This document shows, piece after piece, positions 31,874 through 41,223 of a stretch of 64,000 nucleotides of DNA (positions are counted from its first letter, which is position 1; every line of letters starts with the position of its first letter). A model generated the notes under the pieces. That model did no database searches. It was not told the DNA's origin and saw only the letters and a program-made list of their open reading frames with translations. The stretch is from Nitrospirota bacterium (lineage in GTDB: Bacteria > Nitrospirota > Thermodesulfovibrionia > Thermodesulfovibrionales > UBA9159). Location of the stretch: contig CAVOUE010000003.1 of NCBI GenBank assembly GCA_963699545.1, positions 128,001 through 192,000 of the forward strand. Direction: 5' to 3'. The position numbers were made by a program, and so were the translations under genes.

Positions 31874-33055
31874 ATGGGAACATCAGACGAAAGAGGCTTT
31901 AATCTTAAGGTCCTTCTCATCCTTTCCCTGGGACATCTCACCACGGACATCTATCAGAGTTCTCTCCCTGCGGTCCTGCCCTTCCTGAAAGACAAGCTGG
32001 ACCTTTCTTACACCGCCGCGGGAATCATCGTGATGGCCTCGAGTGTGAGTTCCTCCGTTATCCAGCCGGTCTTCGGGTTCCTCTCCGACAAAAAGGAGAA
32101 ACCCCTTCTTCTTCCCTTCGGCTGTCTCTGCGCAGGAGCGGGATTTTCTCTTATTCCCCTGTCCTCCTCATATGCCGTCATACTCGCCCTGGTGATCCTG
32201 AGCGGACTGGGGGTCGCTTCTTATCACCCCGAAGGCTACCGGACAGCATATTTCTTCACCGGAGAGAGAAAGGCAACGGGGATGTCCATCTTCTCTGTGG
32301 GAGGGAATCTCGGGTTTGCCCTCGGTCCCCTCGTCTCCCTCTCCATCATCACCCATGCAGGCTTTTCCTTCCTTCCGGTGGTGATCATTTTTTCCCTTTT
32401 CTTCATCGCCGTGCTCACGGTCTTCTGGAAAAGGCTCGCTCTCCCCAGGGCGAAGGAGCAGACGAGAAAGGAAGAAAAGGAAAAGATGCTGAAGGGAACA
32501 ACTCTCTCCCTTTCGCTGATCATCGCAGTCGTGGTGATGCGCTCGTGGACCCAGTTCGGGCTCATGACCTACATCCCCTTCTACTTTATCGACTACCTGA
32601 AAGGTGACCCTGCCCAGGCGGGAAAGCTTCTCTCGGTCTTCCTCCTTGGCGGCGTCGTGGGCACTCTCGGAGGGTCTCCCCTAGCCGACCGCTGGGGACA
32701 TAAGTTCTATTTGACCCTTTCGATGCTCTTCACCGCCCTGATCTTTCCCATGGTCTTTGTCGCCAGTGGGTTCCTCCTGTTCCTGACCGTCGGGGTTCTC
32801 GGCATGGTGCTCATCTCGACCTTCACCGTCACGATTGTGATGGCACAGCAACTCCTGCCAAGGAACCTTGGCGTTGCATCCGGCCTGATGGTGGGTTTTG
32901 CTATCGGGACAGGAGGGATCGGGGTGACTCTCCTCGGGATTATCGCAGATCATGTCGGAGTACCGGCTGCCCTGAAGGCGATAATCGTCCTCCCCCTCAC
33001 AGGACTTATGCTGAGCATGCTCCTCAGGTATCCTGTGAAAAAAAACGACTCATGA
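31874..33055 (+). CDS. MFS transporter (Fsr-like)
   Basis: GHLTTD, QPVFGFLSD, YHPEG, FSVGGNLG; about 12 TM. Confidence 0.88.
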   Translation: MGTSDERGFNLKVLLILSLGHLTTDIYQSSLPAVLPFLKDKLDLSYTAAGIIVMASSVSSSVIQPVFGFLSDKKEKPLLLPFGCLCAGAGFSLIPLSSSYAVILALVILSGLGVASYHPEGYRTAYFFTGERKATGMSIFSVGGNLGFALGPLVSLSIITHAGFSFLPVVIIFSLFFIAVLTVFWKRLALPRAKEQTRKEEKEKMLKGTTLSLSLIIAVVVMRSWTQFGLMTYIPFYFIDYLKGDPAQAGKLLSVFLLGGVVGTLGGSPLADRWGHKFYLTLSMLFTALIFPMVFVASGFLLFLTVGVLGMVLISTFTVTIVMAQQLLPRNLGVASGLMVGFAIGTGGIGVTLLGIIADHVGVPAALKAIIVLPLTGLMLSMLLRYPVKKNDS

Positions 33056-33092
33056 GAAAAGAGAAAACATTGTGTTAGAATTTTAGAGCGCG

Positions 33093-34787
33093 ATGAAGAA
33101 AACGTACGGCACAAAAGAGAGCCTCCTGAGAGAACTGGACGAGATGAGGCGAAAGCTCCACGAGATCGAGCAGTGCAGGCGCGACTTCCGGAGTGTGCAG
33201 GAGAAGTATGAAAAGCTCCTGGAGTCTGCTCCCGATGCCCTGGTGTTCGTTAACAGAGAGGCAAAAATCGTGCTGATAAACGCACAGCTTGAAAGGCTCT
33301 TCGGGTACTCGGAAGAAGAACTGGTGGGGAAAGACCTGCACGTCCTGATACCGGAACGGTTCCGCTCAAAGCACCGCGAGCATATGGCAGCGTATTTTTC
33401 CGTCCCCCGCATCCGGCCCATGGGCAGCGGCCTGAAGATCGTCGGCCTGAGAAAGGACGGGACTGAATTCCCCGCCGACATCAGTCTGAGTCCCCTGGAG
33501 AACGGAAGGCGAGTTCCTCGCCACAGGGGCCGTCAGGGACATTTCCGAACGGAAGCGTGCCGAGGAGCTCATCGAGCGGAACTACCATATCCAGCGGGTG
33601 ATCAGCTCGGTCCTCAGGATCTCCCTGGAGCCTGTCCCGGTGGACGAGCAGATGGAACGTGTCCTCAACCTCATCTTCACCATACCGGGCCTTGCCTTGG
33701 AGTCAAAGGGGGCCATCTACCTCGTGGAGGATGAACCGGGGATCCTCGTGCTGAAGGCCCCGCGCAAGGATTCCTTTTCCGGGGAGCTCCCGTGCGAGAG
33801 GATTGCCTTCGGGAAATGTCTCTGCGGCGCGGCAGCATCAACCTGCACCACGGTATTTGCTGACTGCCTTGATGGCCGTCATGAGATCACCGCCGTGAAC
33901 GACTTCCCCCACGGTCACTACTGCGTGCCCATTGTTTCGGGCAATGAGACCCTGGGACTGATCAATGTCTTTGTGAGGGAGGGGCATAAGAGAAGCATTG
34001 GTGAGGAGGAATTCCTCACCAATGTCGCCCATACCCTTGCCGGCGTCATCCGGCGCTCCAGGACAGAACGGGAAAAGGACCGGCTCCGGGAGCAGCTTGC
34101 TCAGTCAGAAAAACTCTCTGCCCTGGGAAGGATCACCGCCAGCGTAGCGGACGAGATCAGGAATCCCCTCACCTCCGTGGGCGGATTTGCCAGGAACTCT
34201 ACAGGAAGATCCCTGACGGCGCCACCGAGAAGGAATATGCTGATTTCATTATCTCCGAGGTGAACCGTCTGGAGAGTATCCTCCACGACGTCCTTGTCTT
34301 TTCACGGGGAGGAGGTCCCCGGAGAAGGGAAAACGACCTTCACGCGATTATCGAAGATGCAGTGAAGCCTTTTGAAGAACGCTGCAGAAGTCTGTCCATA
34401 GTAGTTCAGAGATCATTCGGAGATATTCCCCATTTGAACATCGACAAAGAGCAGGTCCTTGAGGCGGTGAAGAACCTCGTTGCCAACGCGGTTGACGCGA
34501 TGCCGCAGGGCGGGACCCTGAATCTCATCACCGCCGTGGAGACGGTGGAAGAGAAGCCCTACGTCACCGTGAAGATAGGAGATACCGGCCAGGGGATCCC
34601 TGAAGAGACAATGAAAATGATCTTTGAACCTTTCTTCACCACAAAGATCCAGCCAAAGGGAACGGGTCTCGGCCTTCCCATCGCAAAGAAGATCGTGGAA
34701 GATCACGGAGGCCTCATCCTGGTCGAAAGCGCGCCTGGTTCCGGTTCGACCTTCAGCCTTTCTTTCCCGCGCGATATCCCTGCTTAA
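33093..34787 (+). CDS. PAS-GAF sensor histidine kinase (two frameshifts)
   Basis: PAS, GAF, EIRNPL, NLVANA, DTGQGI, FFTTK, GTGLGL. Confidence 0.88.
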
Positions 34788-34850
34788 GGGATGGGGGCTC
34801 AAGGGAAAATATCCGGGGGACAGGAGGTACCTGTCCCCCTTTGGGACCGC

Positions 34851-35108
34851 TTACTGAGCGAGCTTCAGACTCTTCGCTGCTGTTTTGATGTCATCGTCAT
34901 TAAACTTTGCATGCATCTTGGCAGAGGGGCCTTCCTTGACCGCCTTCATAAAATCCGCAGCATTCTTGATGTTCTTTTTTGCCACGATCTTATCCAATGC
35001 CTTGTCGCCCTTGTGGCAGGACGCACACTTATCTTCCGCGGTAAAGCCAAGGGCCGCAACCCCAAGGACGAAAACAAGAGCAACGATGATTGCCGTAACT
35101 CTTTTCAT
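34851..35108 (-). CDS. Small periplasmic monoheme cytochrome c
   Basis: Signal peptide, CASCH, downstream Met/His; AGGAGGTG RBS. Confidence 0.8.
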   Translation of the reverse strand: MKRVTAIIVALVFVLGVAALGFTAEDKCASCHKGDKALDKIVAKKNIKNAADFMKAVKEGPSAKMHAKFNDDDIKTAAKSLKLAQ

Positions 35109-35219
35109 TCTTTCTCACCTCCTTTCCCATTTAAGCGCCTTCTCGCAGACCCCACCATGGGGCACTGCTTGTGTTCTTCTTGATGGCCTCAGTCGTTGAG
35201 GAGCACACAGCCCCGAACC

Positions 35220-35256
35220 AAAAAATGGCTTACTCCCCGGAAGGGGAGCAAGCCAT
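35220..35256 (-). terminator. Rho-independent terminator of the SWIB gene
   Basis: ATGGCTTGCTCCCC-TTCC-GGGGAGTAAGCCAT followed by T6. Confidence 0.8.
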
Positions 35257-35290
35257 GGGATAACAGAACGGTCTTCGACTGCCTGGCAGA

Positions 35291-35623
35291 TCAGCTCAGA
35301 TGCTTGCTGACCAGCTTGGTCATCTCGAACATCGTGACGGTCCTCTTTCCTCCGAACACTGCCCTGAGGTTCTCATCGGCATTGATATTTCTCTTGTTCA
35401 CCGCATCCTGTAGCTTGTTCTTCTTGATGTACTGCCAAAGTTTCTTCACCACCTCTGTCCTCGGGATGGGCTTGTTCCCCACAACCTTGGCAAGGGCATC
35501 GCTGATCTTCATCGCTTTCATGAATGCTGGGTTCGGTTTCCTCTTGGCCTTCACGGTCTTCTTCTTTGCTACCTTTTTCACCACCTTCTTTGTCACCTTC
35601 TTTGCGACCTTTTTTGGTGCCAT
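35291..35623 (-). CDS. SWIB/MDM2-domain protein with histone H1-like Lys-rich N-terminus
   Basis: KKVAKKVTKKVVKKVAKK; RTEVVKKLWQYIKKNKLQD...INAD...MFEMTK. Confidence 0.9.
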   Translation of the reverse strand: MAPKKVAKKVTKKVVKKVAKKKTVKAKRKPNPAFMKAMKISDALAKVVGNKPIPRTEVVKKLWQYIKKNKLQDAVNKRNINADENLRAVFGGKRTVTMFEMTKLVSKHLS

Positions 35624-35814
35624 CTCTCCCTCCTTGTATCGTGAGCATCTCAATGATGCCATTGAGTTCCCTCTGTGCTAACTACATCCTACTAAACATC
35701 TCTCATCTTGTCAACCAATTTTCTTTATCCCCCGGGAATCGTTCCGGCTGCTGAAAAGGACGATCAGCAGTGACAGCCGGTCCTGTGCACCCCGCCCCTG
35801 ACGGATTTGGACGA

Positions 35815-36504
35815 CTACTTGACAGAGATCAGCTCCACCTCAAAGATCAGTGTCGCATTGGGGCCGATAACGCCCCCTGCCCCCTTCTCACCATAGGCAA
35901 GACTCGAAGGGATAACGAGCACCCACTTTGCCTCTTCTTTCATGAGCTGCAATGCCTCGGTCCACCCCGATATGACGCCGTTGACCGGAAAAGTTGCCGG
36001 TTGTCCGCGTTTATACGAACTGTCAAACTCCGAACCATCGATGAACGTCCCGCGGTAATGTACCGTAACAGTGTCTGTTGCCTTCGGCGACTTGCCTGTG
36101 CCCTCAGTGATCACCTTGTACTGCAACCCGCTGGGGAGGGTCTTCACTCCCTCCTTTTTCTTGTTGTCCGCGAGGAACTCCTCCCCCTCTTTCTTGCTCT
36201 TCTCGGCCACCTTCTTTGTTTCCTCAGCCTGCCTTGTCGTCATTTCCTGCCTGAAGGCATTCTTCACGGCAAGCATCTCCTCTTCGCTCATCAGGAGGGC
36301 GCTTCCCGAAAGGGAGTCCTTCAACCCCTGCAAAAGGACATCGGGATCAACATCAACCGCTTGTTTCTTCATGTTGTTCCCGGCCTCTACCCCCATAGTG
36401 TAGCTCAACTTCTCCTTCTGCGTCTTCAGTGTCATCTTCTCTGCAGCGCCTGCCTGGCCAGCCAGAAGAAAAATACCCAGGGCAACGAACCATCCGAATT
36501 TCAT
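35815..36504 (-). CDS. FKBP-type peptidyl-prolyl isomerase (Mip/FkpA-like)
   Basis: Signal peptide; VTVHYRG, FDSS, VISGWTEAL, AYG, LIFEVEL. Confidence 0.95.
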   Translation of the reverse strand: MKFGWFVALGIFLLAGQAGAAEKMTLKTQKEKLSYTMGVEAGNNMKKQAVDVDPDVLLQGLKDSLSGSALLMSEEEMLAVKNAFRQEMTTRQAEETKKVAEKSKKEGEEFLADNKKKEGVKTLPSGLQYKVITEGTGKSPKATDTVTVHYRGTFIDGSEFDSSYKRGQPATFPVNGVISGWTEALQLMKEEAKWVLVIPSSLAYGEKGAGGVIGPNATLIFEVELISVK

Positions 36505-36746
36505 GAAAACTCCTTTCTGATTTCGATATTTCCGACGTGTCCCTGTCGGTTCGCTCATGAGGTATTGTAAATGTTTCCTTCGTGCGATGCAACGCTTTCC
36601 CTGAAAAGTGAGCACTGGGCAAAGGCCCACTTTCCCCGACATTTCACCGAGCCGGCGAGATGCCGGTCTCTCTTCAAGGACGAAAGGGGTCTTGAGAGGA
36701 AAAACGTGCTATACTATTGCTAACAACGTGCAAAGGAGGAATCGTT

Positions 36747-36998
36747 ATGGCAAGAATGGTTACCTATGAGTGTGATGAATGCGGGTGTGAGATCGTCGTC
36801 ACCGAGATGCCGGAAACCGAGTTGACTCCCATCTCCTGCTGCGGCATGGAAGTGACCGAGGTGTCATCTGCGGCCGCGAAGCCGGCGCAGAAGACGGTGA
36901 AAAAGACAGCAAAGAGGGTGGCGAAAAAAGTCGCAAAGAAAAAGGTCGTTTCACGGAAGAAACCGGCCGCAAAAAAGACCGCGAAGAAATCCAGATAG
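36747..36998 (+). CDS. Desulforedoxin-like metal-binding domain fused to a histone H1-like tail
   Basis: YECDECG...SCCG followed by KKTAKRVAKKVAKKK; AAGGAGG RBS. Confidence 0.75.
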   Translation: MARMVTYECDECGCEIVVTEMPETELTPISCCGMEVTEVSSAAAKPAQKTVKKTAKRVAKKVAKKKVVSRKKPAAKKTAKKSR

Positions 36999-37150
36999 AC
37001 CGGAAGGCTGCGGAAATACTTTTTCAAAAAAAAAGAAGGCTGCGATCAATATCGTTCTGAGCCGTATTACAGAGGATGGCTCCGAAAGGGAATTGGTCCG
37101 CCCTTCTCATGATCTCTGCCGGGGAACCCGCTCCCTTAATTGCCCCAGGG

Positions 37151-37552
37151 TCAAGGCTTCTTCCGGTAGAAAGAAGATTTGAATTTCTCCGGATGGAACG
37201 GATGCAGCCGGATGACCGTACACCCGGGGAGCTTTTCCTTTATCTGCTCATCCCTTACCCGCTGGTCATATCCCAGGGCGACGATATCGGGAGCAAGGTT
37301 GAGGAGAATAGAGAAGAGGTCCCCTTCCGGATTGCCGAGGACAACCCTGTCGGGGATGCCGGTCTGCTCCACGTTGGACCGCCGGCATTGCTCGTCATGA
37401 TCCGGCTTGATACCCTTTATCTTCAGGACATTTGTGTCCCTGGCGACAATCACGACAAGTTCGCTTCCCAGGGCCTTTGCCTGGTTGAGAAAATCAACAT
37501 GCCCCGGATGAAGATGGTCGAAGGTCCCCGCGCAGACGACCATCATGCCCAT
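37151..37552 (-). CDS. Cytidylyltransferase-fold protein, RibL-like FAD synthase
   Basis: AGTFDHLHPGH, VIVARD, PDIVALGYDQ. Confidence 0.78.
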   Translation of the reverse strand: MGMMVVCAGTFDHLHPGHVDFLNQAKALGSELVVIVARDTNVLKIKGIKPDHDEQCRRSNVEQTGIPDRVVLGNPEGDLFSILLNLAPDIVALGYDQRVRDEQIKEKLPGCTVIRLHPFHPEKFKSSFYRKKP

Positions 37553-37705
37553 CCGGATGCTCCCTTCTTTCGGTTATGGTAACGCACGCTTCACCCTATT
37601 GTAGTAGAAAATGGTATAATGACGAAACCTTTATTTTCACTACCCTGTCGCATGCTCTCCGTCAACCGTGAGCGCACGATACGGTGAAAAGAGACGAAGG
37701 AAGCA

Positions 37706-38008
37706 ATGGGAAACAGTGTCAATGATGTCCGTCGGGATGCGGTCCAAAAGATAAGAACCGCAGTGGAGCAGGGGTCTTCGTTTGAGGAGGCATGCTCCCT
37801 GATAGTGGTCAGGGACACCGGATTGAGGGAATCCATCATCAGCGACTCTCTGAAAGCTCTCATTGCCGAGATGCACGTTTCCCGGGGCATTCCCCTAAAA
37901 AACCTTGCCATGAGGCTGCGGGTGTCCCTCAGCCGGTTGTTGAATGCAAAGGAAGGCATGCCGGGAGAGAGCGGAGAAGCCGCGTCTGCAGGATCGCAGG
38001 TCGCATAG
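37706..38008 (+). CDS. Hypothetical protein, paralog of 39858-40214
   Basis: FEEAC...IISDSLKALIAEMH aligns with FDLAC...IIDDALKIEIAEMH. Confidence 0.7.
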   Translation: MGNSVNDVRRDAVQKIRTAVEQGSSFEEACSLIVVRDTGLRESIISDSLKALIAEMHVSRGIPLKNLAMRLRVSLSRLLNAKEGMPGESGEAASAGSQVA

Positions 38009-38038
38009 GGATCACTCCGGGGCAACCGGAAGGAATGG

Positions 38039-39703
38039 TCACCTATTCAAGGAAAAGGCCCGGGCGTATTCGATAACCGCCGCTGCCTGTTCTGCCAGGG
38101 CGGTGGCAAATTCGATCTCATCTTCGTGAAACGTCCTGTGAGCCTTCTTCGTCAGCACCCTGAGAACCCCGATCACGCTTCCCCGGAAAATCATAGGGAT
38201 GACGAGCATGCTCCGTATGCCCTCCTCCTCCGCCTCTTTCCGGTATACGATTCTCGGGTCTGTCCTAACGTCGTAGAGAGCAACGGACTTGCCTTTCAGG
38301 GCATCTGCCACGCCTTTTTCGGCATCCACCGGCCCCTTCTTCAGATACCCTTCGCTCAGCCCGTATGCAGCAACGAGTTCCAGTCTCTTCCGGTGCGTGT
38401 CCAGCAGCCTGATGGTGGCGGCATCGGTATTCATGGCATCGGCAATCCGTCTGACGATAAGGTCCATCACTTCCTGCGCATTCAGCAATGAGCTCGCGGC
38501 CTTTGCAATATCCTGGAGGGCCTTCAGATATTTTGCCTCTTTATATTGCTGTTCGTACATCCTTGCATTCTCTATGGCGGTGCCGCACTGCTCAGCGAGG
38601 GCCGCGGCAAAGTCTGTATCCTGCCGGGTAAAATGTCTCACCTGCGCCGTGAGCAGTCTCAGGATCCCTATGACCCTGCCTCTCGCAATGACCGGAAGGG
38701 TGAGCATGCTCTTGATGCCTTCCTCTTCGGCCTCCTTCCGGTAATGGACCCTCGGGTCCGTGGACACATCGACCATAGCCACAGGCTTCTCATTAAGGGC
38801 CTCCCTGATATTCTCTTCCATATCCACCGGCCCCCTGCCGAGATATCGCTCGCTCAATCCGTAGGCGGCAGCCAGTTCGAGATATTTTCCCGATTCGTCC
38901 AGAAGTCGTATGGTTGCAGCCTTCAGGCCCATGACTTCCGGAAGTGTCCTCACGATCATATCGAGGACTTCCGTGAGCTGAAGAGATGAGCTCACCGCCT
39001 TGCTAACCTTCCGGTAGACCCTGAGATATTCCTTCTCCTTCGAAAGGGTCTTTTCAAAGACCCGGGCATTCACGATGGCAATGGCTGCCTGCTCGGCAAT
39101 GGCAGCCACGAACTTCAGGTCATCCCCTGAATATTCCGTTGGTTCGGACGTATACATCCTGAGCACTCCGATCACCTCATCGCCGAATCGCAACGGGATC
39201 GAAAGGATGCTCCTGATCCCCTCGGCCAGGGCTTCTTCCCGGTACTTTGTATTCTCGTCGGCAGTGATGTCGTATATGGAAACAGGTTTTCCGGCCAGCG
39301 CATCAACAATGCTTCCGTCATAAACCACGGGACCCTTATTGGCATAGCGCTCATTCAGCCCATGGTAGGCCGCGAGCTCGAGCTGGTTTGTTTCCCTGTT
39401 CAGAAGTCTGAGGGAGCTCGCCTTCACGTTCATCACCTTCACCACATTGGTCACAATGAGGTTCAGGACCTCGTCGAGGGCAAGGCTCGCGCTGATGGCC
39501 TTGCAGATGTTCTGATAGCTTTCGAGATAGACCCGTTTGGAGAATATCTTCTCCGCGCATACCGTGCAAATGGAGTGAGTGAACTCGCCGTGTCCCCTCC
39601 TGGTGAGGTAGACCTCCACTTCCTCCCACTTCTCCTGCTCCGTCCGTATCTTCTTGCACCACCCGCAGATGGGTATCAGTCTCTCTCTCTCGTCTCCGCT
39701 CAC
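38039..39703 (-). CDS. Triple-GAF protein with N-terminal Cys/His module and no output domain
   Basis: PICGWCKKIR...HSICTVC followed by three homologous GAF repeats. Confidence 0.88.
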   Translation of the reverse strand: MSGDERERLIPICGWCKKIRTEQEKWEEVEVYLTRRGHGEFTHSICTVCAEKIFSKRVYLESYQNICKAISASLALDEVLNLIVTNVVKVMNVKASSLRLLNRETNQLELAAYHGLNERYANKGPVVYDGSIVDALAGKPVSIYDITADENTKYREEALAEGIRSILSIPLRFGDEVIGVLRMYTSEPTEYSGDDLKFVAAIAEQAAIAIVNARVFEKTLSKEKEYLRVYRKVSKAVSSSLQLTEVLDMIVRTLPEVMGLKAATIRLLDESGKYLELAAAYGLSERYLGRGPVDMEENIREALNEKPVAMVDVSTDPRVHYRKEAEEEGIKSMLTLPVIARGRVIGILRLLTAQVRHFTRQDTDFAAALAEQCGTAIENARMYEQQYKEAKYLKALQDIAKAASSLLNAQEVMDLIVRRIADAMNTDAATIRLLDTHRKRLELVAAYGLSEGYLKKGPVDAEKGVADALKGKSVALYDVRTDPRIVYRKEAEEEGIRSMLVIPMIFRGSVIGVLRVLTKKAHRTFHEDEIEFATALAEQAAAVIEYARAFSLNR

Positions 39704-39857
39704 ACAAACCCTCTCCTTCTTCTGCTTTTCCCGCCCTGGTCGCTTCCTTTATTCTTTTCGTGCGCGTCTGTTTCTGTCAAGACGTTTTGTATTAATTCTT
39801 TTAATCCGCCCATTCCCGTGGGGTGCCCGGCAGGTGCCTGATGTGCTATAATGGACT

Positions 39858-40214
39858 ATGTCGGAGAAGGTCAATTACAGGCAGCTCACCGAGGAAGAAG
39901 ACAGCATCTACAAGAGGAGCATCGGGGTCATCAGGTCGAATATCAGCAACGGGGTGAAGTTCGACCTCGCCTGCGAATTCATCACGGTGGATGACAGCGG
40001 ACTGAAGACCCTGATCATTGATGACGCCCTCAAAATAGAGATTGCAGAGATGCACTATGGAACAGGGCTCCCGCTCCTGGACGTGTCAAGAAAGCTCGGC
40101 GTTCCCGTAGAACGACTCTTAAAGGCAACTGCCGAGATGATGGAAGATGTGTTCCATACAGCCGATGAGGTCTCCCGGGAACAGTACGGAGACCCCGGTC
40201 CCCTTGCCCGCTGA
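39858..40214 (+). CDS. Hypothetical protein with possible C-terminal HTH
   Basis: GLPLLDVSRKLGVPVERL; first gene of the grx-FTR run. Confidence 0.7.
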   Translation: MSEKVNYRQLTEEEDSIYKRSIGVIRSNISNGVKFDLACEFITVDDSGLKTLIIDDALKIEIAEMHYGTGLPLLDVSRKLGVPVERLLKATAEMMEDVFHTADEVSREQYGDPGPLAR

Positions 40215-40221
40215 GGAGGAA

Positions 40222-40485
40222 ATGAAGCGAGTCACCCTCTTCTCCCTGAGCACCTGCGCCGCCTGCAAGAAAGTAAAGAAGTTCCTTGACGATCACACGA
40301 TCCCGCATACGATGATCGAGGTCGATACCCTGGACAGCGGAGAGCAGTGGCTCATGACAAAGGAACTCGCCAAACGCAACCCTCGGGGAACCTATCCCAC
40401 CCTTGTCATAGAGGACGTTATCGAAGGATATGACATCGGGGCCCTGGAGTCAAAGCTCTTGCCGGGAAAGCCCGAAGCATCATAA
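40222..40485 (+). CDS. Glutaredoxin-like protein
   Basis: STCAAC, TYPTLVI, IEGYD; GAGGAGG RBS. Confidence 0.88.
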   Translation: MKRVTLFSLSTCAACKKVKKFLDDHTIPHTMIEVDTLDSGEQWLMTKELAKRNPRGTYPTLVIEDVIEGYDIGALESKLLPGKPEAS

Positions 40486-40501
40486 CTGTCCGGGGGAACC
40501 A

Positions 40502-40828
40502 ATGACACCCGAAAAGCTCTATGAGGCCCTTATGCGCTATGCCGGATCTCAGGGCATGGAATTGTATAATGACCGGGATTTTGTATTGGATATTGTCCGC
40601 GGCCTTCTCAGGAACGAAGAACGTTACGGGTACCGGTCCTGTCCGTGCAGGCTCGCCACAGGCATCAAAGAACGTGACGAGGATATCATCTGTCCCTGCA
40701 GCTATAGGGATGATGATGTGAGGGAATACGGGAGCTGTTACTGTTCTCTCTATGTGTCAAGGGATTGGAACGAGGGGAAGATACCGCATGGAGTTGTGCC
40801 GGAGAGACGAGCCCAGAGGAGGGAATGA
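40502..40828 (+). CDS. Ferredoxin-thioredoxin reductase catalytic subunit-like protein
   Basis: CPC, CPC and CYC motifs. Confidence 0.92.
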   Translation: MTPEKLYEALMRYAGSQGMELYNDRDFVLDIVRGLLRNEERYGYRSCPCRLATGIKERDEDIICPCSYRDDDVREYGSCYCSLYVSRDWNEGKIPHGVVPERRAQRRE

Positions 40829-41223
40829 ACATGAGCGATGAAGAAAAATGTGATCTGAACATCTTTGATGTGCCGGGCCTCAATGACATCAGGCAGAGCC
40901 CCGACATCCTCGAAAAGATCAAATGGGAGGTGACGCCTCAGATGGTGATGGAACCGAGATTCCAGTTAGAGTCGGAAGGCCTGCGGAAACTCAGTGAGAT
41001 ATCCGGATATATGTTTTACATCGAGTCCCAGTGCAATCCCCCGGCGCTCATGCTTCTGAAGGTGGGGAAAACCGATATCGCTTCAACAGTAGGAAAGGTT
41101 GACGAGGTCCCTCAGGAGCTTATCAGAAAGGCGATGGAGAACCCTGTGGACAAACCGGCCAACGGGATGTACGCGATCACAGCCGAGATCAGGGAGTGGC
41201 TGAAAAAGGAGCTGGGGGTTTAG
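40825..41223 (+). CDS. Conserved hypothetical protein, resembles DVU0772-family proteins
   Basis: IKWEVTP...GMYAITAEIREWLKKEL; resemblance recalled, not searched. Confidence 0.55.
   Translation: MNMSDEEKCDLNIFDVPGLNDIRQSPDILEKIKWEVTPQMVMEPRFQLESEGLRKLSEISGYMFYIESQCNPPALMLLKVGKTDIASTVGKVDEVPQELIRKAMENPVDKPANGMYAITAEIREWLKKELGV

Noticed and set aside
35220-35256. Hairpin upstream of the cytochrome c gene as a riboswitch
   Set aside because: Fully explained as the SWIB gene terminator
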